Assembly (NCBI GenBank): GCA_045863395.1
Contig: BTVJ01000136.1
Coordinates: forward strand, 1 to 13,574
Length of the DNA: 13,574 bases
Source of the DNA: Myxococcales bacterium
GTDB taxonomy: Bacteria > Myxococcota_A > UBA9042 > JABWCM01 > BTVJ01
Direction of reading: 5' to 3'
Shown here: piece by piece, positions 8,027 through 13,574 of the stretch
Layout of the letters: every line of letters starts with the position of its first letter
How positions within the stretch are numbered: position 1 is the first letter of the stretch
The notes under the pieces: model-generated
Told to the model about the DNA's origin: nothing
Database searches by the model: none
Seen by the model: the letters and a program-made list of their open reading frames with translations, nothing else
Position numbers and translations under genes: made by a program

Positions 8027-8508
8027 TCTACACCTTCACGCTGAACCTTCCGCCCACGGCGAAGGGTCGCCCCCGGGTGGCGATGCGCGGGAAGGGCGAT
8101 GCGGCGCGTCCGACGATGTACACGCCCCCGAAGACCGTCTCATTCGAGGCGGCGGTAGCCCATGCGGCTCGCGCTGCCATGGGCCCGGTGGTACTGGAAG
8201 GCCCCATCCGGCTCGACATGCTGCTGGTGCTGCCGCGCCCCGGACGGTTGATGCGGAAGTCGGACCCATCGGGGCTCGTGTACGCCCCGAAGAAGCCGGA
8301 CCGGGACAACATGGAGAAGGCCGTCATGGACGGCATGAGCTCGTGTTGGCGCGACGACGCCCAGGTGGTGCGCGGAGAGCCGATCAAGGTCTACGCGGAG
8401 AAGAATGGGCGTCCGCGGACGATGGTTCGCGTCGAGGTGCTCGACGAAGGCAAGGGGCTCCCGGGGTTGCTCGATTGGATCGTGCGCCCCGGACCAACGG
8501 AGGAATGA
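8023..8508 (+). CDS. rusA: RusA family Holliday junction resolvase, 161 aa
   Basis: P.AKGRPR, YTPPKT..FE, KPDRDNMEKAVMDGM and WRDDAQVV catalytic motifs; GTG start at 8023 with GGAG SD. Confidence 0.92.
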   Translation: MIYTFTLNLPPTAKGRPRVAMRGKGDAARPTMYTPPKTVSFEAAVAHAARAAMGPVVLEGPIRLDMLLVLPRPGRLMRKSDPSGLVYAPKKPDRDNMEKAVMDGMSSCWRDDAQVVRGEPIKVYAEKNGRPRTMVRVEVLDEGKGLPGLLDWIVRPGPTEE

Positions 8509-8879
8509 TGGGCTGGCTGAAAGGCAAGAACGGCGACTACGTGTCGCAACTGCGGGAGATGCTCGCCGCAGGATGGACGGGCGAGCAGGTGCAGAAGCTA
8601 CTCCGGTGGTCCGATGAGCAGTACGGCCTCGTCATGGCCGGAAAGCGCATCATCGGGAGCCGGGAACGCGCCCTGGTCGAGAAGTGGCACAACAGAGCTC
8701 CGCTCGCCGCGTTGGCGACGGACGACGAGACGAAGACGGAGGACACCGATGTTCCACAAGCAGAAGCGAACGCTGGACCTGAGCAACCTGCTGTGCCGGC
8801 AGGAGAAGCACGGCCCCGACGAGACGGTGCCGGCAGTGGACCTGTCGGTCAGCCTCACCGTGGCCGTCGAGGAGCTTGA
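8508..8879 (+). CDS. Hypothetical protein, possibly HTH-like DNA-binding (about 123 aa)
   Basis: ATGATG overlaps the rusA stop, SD GGAGG. N-terminal helical pattern LREMLAAGWTGEQVQKLLRWSDEQYGLVMAGKR resembles an HTH. The C-terminal ~43 codons overlap the next gene. Confidence 0.55.
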   Translation: MGWLKGKNGDYVSQLREMLAAGWTGEQVQKLLRWSDEQYGLVMAGKRIIGSRERALVEKWHNRAPLAALATDDETKTEDTDVPQAEANAGPEQPAVPAGEARPRRDGAGSGPVGQPHRGRRGA

Positions 8880-9846
8880 GGAGCTAACCCCCGGCGTGTC
8901 CGCCCTCCGGGGCGCCGTGTCCCTGTCGGACCTTCCCGACGTGGGGCCCTTCGACGTGGAGGTCGAGTGCGACGGGATGGATGGGCCCGTGCTTGAGCGC
9001 GGCACCTACCTGCGGAAGCCGCGGGCTGACGTGGCGTACACGGCCCCGAGGACCCCGAAGCCCAAGCCGGCGCCGAAGCGCGTGGTCGACGAGGCACAGG
9101 AGGCGCTCCCTGGCGTTGAGACGCCACCGCCCCAGGAAGAGGCGCCCTTGCCCGTCGAGGATGCCACGGAGCCCGTGGGGCGCCACGACTGCACGCTGAG
9201 CGGCAAGATCGCCATACACACGGACGAGAACTTCCCGTACTTCGCGCTGCACGATGCCGTTGGCGCGACGGTCGCGGTGACCTTCATGGAGCACGCGGCG
9301 ATGCGTGCGGAGGTCGAGGAGCTGCTGGTCGAGACGCCGGTGCAGACGTTCATCGACTGCCGCGGTGAGCAGCTCGTCATTGAGGACAGGCGCCGTGAAT
9401 TCATTGGAGCGGTCGTCGCCAAGCGCCAGGCCGGGGAGGAGGTCGCGGCGGCCTTCTGGCGAGTGTCCACCGACTTCGCCACGCGGTACGCGCCGAAGCC
9501 GATGGAAGTCGCGCCGTACCCTCACGAGGAGGAGGCGCCAGACCACCCCAACGAGTGGGAGCTGCTGCCTGGGGCGTGGTTCAACCGGGCCGACGTGATG
9601 TTGACCGCGAGCGGCATCTACGAGGCGTCGCTGGCGCCGGAGAGCAAGGCTGCGCTGCCTGCCAAGCAGGTGGTCATCCGCACCACGAAGGCCCTCTCGG
9701 GCAAGAAGGGCAACGTGCCGGTGCACCCGGCCTTCATGGCGATGGTCGAGGCCATGATCGCTGAGTGGGACCAGATCACGAAGGATGCGCTTGACGCGTC
9801 GGACTCCGGGCATGAGACGGAGGAAGGTGCCCAGGTATTGGCATAG
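8749..9846 (+). CDS. Hypothetical phage protein, 365 aa (MFHKQKRTLDLSNLLCRQEKHGPDETVPAVDL...)
   Basis: SD GGAGG before ATG 8749; high GC3 codon usage; acidic, with a Pro-rich linker. The R.EKHG....VPA.DL N-terminus recalls uncharacterised phage early proteins. Confidence 0.72.
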   Translation: MFHKQKRTLDLSNLLCRQEKHGPDETVPAVDLSVSLTVAVEELEELTPGVSALRGAVSLSDLPDVGPFDVEVECDGMDGPVLERGTYLRKPRADVAYTAPRTPKPKPAPKRVVDEAQEALPGVETPPPQEEAPLPVEDATEPVGRHDCTLSGKIAIHTDENFPYFALHDAVGATVAVTFMEHAAMRAEVEELLVETPVQTFIDCRGEQLVIEDRRREFIGAVVAKRQAGEEVAAAFWRVSTDFATRYAPKPMEVAPYPHEEEAPDHPNEWELLPGAWFNRADVMLTASGIYEASLAPESKAALPAKQVVIRTTKALSGKKGNVPVHPAFMAMVEAMIAEWDQITKDALDASDSGHETEEGAQVLA

Positions 9847-10096
9847 AGAGGCAGCCTTGAACTTCCCCGATGACTGGAGCGTGTTCTTTCGCAGGTGTAC
9901 CCGTGGCCACCTGTGGCATGAGAGCGAGGGGCGTGAGTGCGGTCAGTGCTCTAACGAAGAGTCTGACCGGGAGCAGAAGCGGGAGTATTGGCCGCTGAAC
10001 GAAGCTGGCTTCACCATGTGCCCGGACCTTCCGGGTCGCGAACGAGACTGTTGTGAAACTTGCGGCTGGCCGGCAGGTCGGCACACGCCGTTCTGA
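9827..10096 (+). CDS. Small Cys/His-rich putative zinc-binding protein, about 89 aa
   Basis: CTRGH...CGQC and C...CCETCG...H motifs. Fills the gap between two co-directional genes; GTG start uncertain. Visibly lower GC than its neighbours. Confidence 0.5.
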   Translation: MPRYWHREAALNFPDDWSVFFRRCTRGHLWHESEGRECGQCSNEESDREQKREYWPLNEAGFTMCPDLPGRERDCCETCGWPAGRHTPF

Positions 10097-10111
10097 TTCT
10101 TGAGGACGAAA

Positions 10112-11497
10112 ATGAGCACAATCGTTAGGTTGAAGATCGACGGCGTGAAGCGCATCCGCGCGGCGGAGCTCGTCCCCGACCCCAAGGACCCCGCGATCTG
10201 GCTGGCCGGGCCCAACGGCGCCGGCAAGAGCACCGTGCTCGACTCCATCGAGTACGCCCTGGGCGGGGCCAAGGCACTCCCGCCGCAGCCGATCCAGACG
10301 GGCCAGCAGACGGCCCGCATCGTGCTGGAGCTGAGTGACGGGCTCACCATCACCCGCAGGATGCGCCTGGCCGATGACGGGTCCTGCGAGTCTACCCTCG
10401 TGGCGGAGCGGGCCGGCGCAGTGTTGCGCAAGCCCCAGGACGTGCTCGACGCGCTGGCCGGCAAGGCGGGCATGGGCGCGCCGATGATCCTGGACCCGCT
10501 GCGGTTCGTCCGGGAGACGACCTCCCAGGCCGCGACGCTGCGGGCGGTGGCCGGCATCGACACGAGCGCGCTCGACGCCAGGATCGCCGCGCTGGAGGGC
10601 GAGCGCCGCGACTGCGGCCGTGACGGCAAGCTCCTCGCCGGACAGGCGGCAGAGGCCAGCGCGGCGGTCGGGCCGGAGCCCGCCGCACCCGCCGATGCGC
10701 CGCCGTCCACCGCGGACGCGGCCCGCGCCGCCCTCGCCGCGGCGAGCGCAGAGGGTGCGGAGGCCGAGCAGCTCGCCGAGGCCCTGCGCCTCGCGACCAG
10801 GGAGCGGGACACCGCCGAGGATGCGGCGGCCCGCGCCGAGAACGAGGTGGACCGGCTGCGCCGCGAGCTGGAGGCGGCAGAGAGCGTGGCCGCGACAGCG
10901 TGCACCGCCGCGGACGCAGCCGCCGACCGCTACGACGCCGCGCACCTGGCCGCCGCGGCCCGGCCCGTCCCCGACCTGTCCCCGCTGCGTGCGACGGTTG
11001 AGGCCGCCATCCAGGCCGACGCGGAGGCCCGCCGAGCCGCTGACGTGGCCCGCGCCGAGCGCGTGGCCTGGGACCAGCGCCGCCAGCGAGCGGAGCGGGT
11101 GGCGCAGCAGACGCAGGAGGCCCGCGAGCGGTACGCGGCGCTCACCGCGCAGATCGAGACCGCGAGGGCAGAGCGAGTCGCTGCGATCGAGGCCGCGAAG
11201 TGGCCGGTCCCGGGGCTGGGGATCGACGGCGACGTGGTCACCTACCGAGGGCTCCCGCTGGAGCAGGCGTCGCAGGCCGAACAGCTCCGGGTGGCGTGCG
11301 CCGTGGGGCTCGCCCTGCGCTCCGAGATCCGGGTCCTGCTGGTGCGCGACGCGAGCCTGCTCGACGCCGAGTCGCGACGGCTCCTCGTGGAGCTCGCCCG
11401 GGAGCACGACGCACAGGTGTGGGCAGAGGTGGTCGACGACGACCCGGAGCCGGGCGACGGGGTGATCATCGTGATGGACGGGGGGGTGAGGCCATGA
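10112..11497 (+). CDS. SMC/Rad50-like (AAA_23-type) ABC-ATPase with central coiled coil, 461 aa
   Basis: IVRLKIDGVKRI N-terminus, Walker A GPNGAGKSTVLDSI, long Ala/Glu/Arg coiled coil, degenerate signature LEQASQAEQ, Walker B/D-loop VLLVRDASLLD, QVWAEVV. SD GAGGA. Confidence 0.85.
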   Translation: MSTIVRLKIDGVKRIRAAELVPDPKDPAIWLAGPNGAGKSTVLDSIEYALGGAKALPPQPIQTGQQTARIVLELSDGLTITRRMRLADDGSCESTLVAERAGAVLRKPQDVLDALAGKAGMGAPMILDPLRFVRETTSQAATLRAVAGIDTSALDARIAALEGERRDCGRDGKLLAGQAAEASAAVGPEPAAPADAPPSTADAARAALAAASAEGAEAEQLAEALRLATRERDTAEDAAARAENEVDRLRRELEAAESVAATACTAADAAADRYDAAHLAAAARPVPDLSPLRATVEAAIQADAEARRAADVARAERVAWDQRRQRAERVAQQTQEARERYAALTAQIETARAERVAAIEAAKWPVPGLGIDGDVVTYRGLPLEQASQAEQLRVACAVGLALRSEIRVLLVRDASLLDAESRRLLVELAREHDAQVWAEVVDDDPEPGDGVIIVMDGGVRP

Positions 11498-11778
11498 AGG
11501 GCGAGTCGCAGATCGACATGCGCGGACTGCGCGCCGCGCAAAAGAGCATCGAGGCCGAGTGGCCCGACTGCACCGTGTCCGTCGGGCTCATCGCGTGGGC
11601 AGGGCCTGGCGAGCCGGACAGGCGCAGGCACGTCGACTATAGCGCGTGCGTCCTGCGGGACACCGTGATCGCCTACGCCCGGACCGGCGAGCCGGGCGAG
11701 CTGCTCGACGCGCTCCGGGCTGACACGCTCACGCACGACGTCTCCTGCGAGACGGAGGCTCCCGATGACCGCGCCTGA
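11494..11778 (+). CDS. Hypothetical protein, 94 aa (MKGESQIDMRGL...)
   Basis: ATGA overlap with the ATPase stop; GAGG SD; codon usage like flanking genes. Confidence 0.65.
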   Translation: MKGESQIDMRGLRAAQKSIEAEWPDCTVSVGLIAWAGPGEPDRRRHVDYSACVLRDTVIAYARTGEPGELLDALRADTLTHDVSCETEAPDDRA

Positions 11779-11917
11779 CCCGGATCTCGCCAGCGCCACG
11801 GACCGCTGGCCGTGTAGGCGCGCCGCGATCCCGGCGCTGGCCGAGGCAGTCTGGCGGCTCATCTTGGCGCTGGAGGCTGCGCTGGTGTGTGAGGAGAGGC
11901 AGGATGTGCAGTCGTGA
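11765..11917 (+). CDS. Small hypothetical protein, 50 aa (MTAPDPDLASATDRWPCRRAAIPALAEAVWRLILALEAALVCEERQDVQS)
   Basis: SD GGAGG at 11754-11758; bridges two overlapping co-directional ORFs. Below the track's size cutoff. Confidence 0.5.
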   Translation: MTAPDPDLASATDRWPCRRAAIPALAEAVWRLILALEAALVCEERQDVQS

Positions 11918-12455
11918 CGACGGCGCCACACGAGGAGATGGCACGATGCCCGCGCTGATGATCCTAGAGCTGCTGCATCGCGCAGAGGCGGAGCGCGACA
12001 GGGCCGTCGCCGCCTTGTCCCGCGTCCTCGTGGCCGCCCTCGGCTGCGAGTGCCAGGATGGCCACGCCTGCCACGTCCACGGTGACCCGCTCGGCTGCGT
12101 GGACAGGGCCGTCGGGCACATCGACGACACAATCGCAGACAACATGCGCCTCGCCGACGAGGCCGAGTGCATCCATTCGCGCCTCACGGCGCGCGGCATC
12201 GAGGAGCACGAGTCCGGCGTCTCGCGCGTCGGGCCCGGAGAGGGCAACGACCCAGGGCCACGGCGCGACCTGTTGGAGCGCGTGGACATGCTGCTGGACG
12301 GACTCGACGCCGCCCGCGAAGAGCTGGAGGAGTACATCCGCGCCACCAGGCTGCGGATCGGGTGGCTGGAGGAGCACGCGCACGCGCTGGAGGCAGAGCA
12401 GGCGCGGGCGCGGGCCCGCACACTGACACCCTCGTGGAATGACCGCGAGGATTGA
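11904..12455 (+). CDS. Hypothetical coiled-coil protein with a Cys/His cluster (about 170-183 aa)
   Basis: Heptad-rich helices flank CECQDGHACHVHGDPLGC. Start is ATG 11904 or ATG 11946, both with GAGGAG-type SDs. Confidence 0.62.
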   Translation: MCSRDDGATRGDGTMPALMILELLHRAEAERDRAVAALSRVLVAALGCECQDGHACHVHGDPLGCVDRAVGHIDDTIADNMRLADEAECIHSRLTARGIEEHESGVSRVGPGEGNDPGPRRDLLERVDMLLDGLDAAREELEEYIRATRLRIGWLEEHAHALEAEQARARARTLTPSWNDRED

Positions 12456-12457
12456 CG

Positions 12458-12505
12458 CCCCGAGAGGGGCAAGGAGCGAGACCCCGAGAGGGGCAAGGAG
12501 CGAGA
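12458..12505 (+). repeat. Perfect 24-bp tandem duplication CCCCGAGAGGGGCAAGGAGCGAGA x2 containing a hairpin and SD
   Basis: Units at 12458-12481 and 12482-12505, ending 1 nt before ATG 12507. Confidence 0.95.
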
Positions 12506-12506
12506 G

Positions 12507-12932
12507 ATGACCATCACGAGAGACGACCTGCCGCAGTACGCGGCGCAGACCCGGCAGTACCGCAAGACCGCGGTGACGAGCGCCTTCGAGCTGACCGAGC
12601 CGCACACCATCTGCATGCCAGAGGGCAGCATCGATGCCCAGGCCGGCGACTTCTGCTGCATCGACTCCCGCGGCGAGCCCTACCCCTGCGCGCGGGACGT
12701 GTTCCTCCGGACGTACGAGGAGGTGCCGATGGCCAGGCTTGCGGACGAGCCGATGCTTCAGTGGTTCGAGTATGCCCACCTGCCATCGAAGCTCCAGGAT
12801 GTGAGCAAGCCCTTCGCCGAGCTGGCGATCCGCATCGTGGCCACACTGCCCCGCAACCCCGAGCGCACGGTGGCCCTCCGCAAGCTCCTCGAGGCCAAGG
12901 ACTGCGCGGTCCGGGCGCTGCTGTCCACGTAG
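12507..12932 (+). CDS. Two-domain phage protein, 141 aa: PGDYG-like beta domain plus Acb2/Tad1-like helical hairpin; candidate anti-defence sponge
   Basis: aa 18-73: YRK...PEG...AQAGDF..IDSRGEPYPC..DVFLRTYEEV. aa 83-139: WFEYAHLP..LQDVSKPF.ELA......LP..PERTVALRKLLEAKDCAVRA. SD AAGGAG. The CDS is secure; the function is inferred. Confidence 0.75.
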   Translation: MTITRDDLPQYAAQTRQYRKTAVTSAFELTEPHTICMPEGSIDAQAGDFCCIDSRGEPYPCARDVFLRTYEEVPMARLADEPMLQWFEYAHLPSKLQDVSKPFAELAIRIVATLPRNPERTVALRKLLEAKDCAVRALLST

Positions 12933-12984
12933 GCACCAAGCCCGGGGCGCCCGCGGCCCCGGCAAGGACACTGGAGGGACCCCG

Positions 12985-13574
12985 ATGACCGCGTTTGACC
13001 TCGACCTCGCCCGCGCGCTCGGGGCGGGCGGGCAGCTACGACAGGAGGATCGGATGGACAGTCCCCGCCACCACGCCTGGCGCATCGTCCGCGACGGCGG
13101 TCTCACCGCCACCTGCGAGCGGTGCGGGCGCATGGAGATGCTCGGCTATGTCCCCGCGCGAGCGCTCAGACTTGCGACGAAGGGTATCCAGGCGCTAAGC
13201 GCGCATGACGAGGCAGTTCTCGGGGAGTGGGTGGAGGCGCTGTATGCCGGGGACGCTGCCTGCGACGACGGGGACGCCTGCACCACCGGCGACGTCTGCG
13301 GCGGCGGCGTGTGCTCGGGGACGGGCGGGACCCAGTGCAACGACGGCAACCCGTGCACCGACGACTCCTGCAAGGAGGGCGTGGGCTGCGTCTACGTCGC
13401 CAACCAGGCCCCCTGCGACGACGGCAACGCCTGCACCACCGGGGACGCCTGCGCGGCCCAGAAGTGCGTCGGCGGCCCTGCGACCCAGTGCGGGGACGGC
13501 AACCCGTGCACGGACGACTCCTGCGACCCGGCGACGGGCTGCAAGGCCACCAACAACACGGTGCCCTGCAACGA
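12985..13574 (+). CDS. Chimeric ORF (partial): phage-like Zn-ribbon N-terminus in frame with Cys-rich CDDGNPCT repeats
   Basis: Open from ATG 12985 (SD GGAGG) or in-frame ATG 13054 (SD AGGAGG) to the window end: ...HHAWRIV...ATCERCG...EWVEALYAGDAA|CDDGDACTTGDVC... Missing from the ORF track because there is no stop. Confidence 0.7.
   Translation, partial: MTAFDLDLARALGAGGQLRQEDRMDSPRHHAWRIVRDGGLTATCERCGRMEMLGYVPARALRLATKGIQALSAHDEAVLGEWVEALYAGDAACDDGDACTTGDVCGGGVCSGTGGTQCNDGNPCTDDSCKEGVGCVYVANQAPCDDGNACTTGDACAAQKCVGGPATQCGDGNPCTDDSCDPATGCKATNNTVPCN
13261..13574 (+). repeat. 153-bp (51-aa) coding tandem repeats of the myxobacterial/Dictyostelium CTDC-like Cys-rich type
   Basis: Unit 1 (13261-13413): CDDGDACTTGDVCGGGVCSGTGGTQCNDGNPCTDDSCKEGVGCVYVANQAP. 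Unit 2 (13414-13566): CDDGNACTTGDACAAQKCVGGPATQCGDGNPCTDDSCDPATGCKATNNTVP. A third unit starts at 13567. Confidence 0.9.

Larger units (their letters stand above)
1..13260. mobile_element. Prophage/temperate phage early region and start of the packaging module
   Basis: Terminase, tyrosine recombinase, YqaJ-RecT, initiator plus loader, Cro-like HTH, RusA and densely coupled small ORFs. Right boundary inferred from the compositional switch at about 13260. Confidence 0.88.

Noticed and set aside
9776..11407. 543-aa minus-strand ORF and other long antisense or alternate-frame ORFs (e.g. 931-1704 +, 2209-3117 +, 3066-4046 +, 4113-5162 +, 11964-13133 -)
   Set aside because: Shadow ORFs of high-GC genes; they lie opposite or within motif-bearing CDSs and have Arg/Gly/Pro-rich, motif-free translations.
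10112..11778. ATPase plus downstream ORF as a defence system (Lamassu, Wadjet, PARIS, Septu)
   Set aside because: No recognisable effector, nuclease or kleisin partner; the context is a phage early operon.
12458..12505. 24-bp repeat as a mini CRISPR array
   Set aside because: Two directly abutting copies with no spacer and no cas genes.
12942..12962. Hairpin CCGGGGC-N7-GCCCCGG as an intrinsic terminator
   Set aside because: No U-tract follows on either strand and the next co-directional gene starts about 22 nt later; kept only as a possible RNA structure.
13261..13574. Diversity-generating retroelement TR/VR pair
   Set aside because: Differences between units are not adenine-specific, the units are tandem coding repeats, and no reverse transcriptase is present in the window.

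Overview
High-GC (roughly 70%) temperate phage or prophage segment, probably from a Myxococcota/deltaproteobacterial host (inferred from the Cys-rich repeats at the right edge). An AT-rich control region at about 7603-7741 separates two divergent gene arms. The leftward arm (- strand) runs Cro-like HTH, replication initiator with internal iterons, DnaC-like helicase loader, YqaJ exonuclease, RecT, tyrosine recombinase with its own promoter, putative TerS, and TerL (missing from the ORF track because it runs off the left edge). The rightward arm (+ strand) runs hypothetical, RusA, hypotheticals, SMC/Rad50-like ATPase, small accessory genes, a 141-aa two-domain protein resembling a fusion of two anti-defence nucleotide-sponge-like domains, and an ORF that switches in frame from phage-like sequence to myxobacterial-type CDDGNPCT repeats at about 13260. 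The most notable observations are the candidate dual sponge with an internal start, two palindromes with an identical GACAAGC core bracketing the recombinase gene, and the abrupt phage/host-like junction. All family assignments come from motif recognition by eye; no searches were run.
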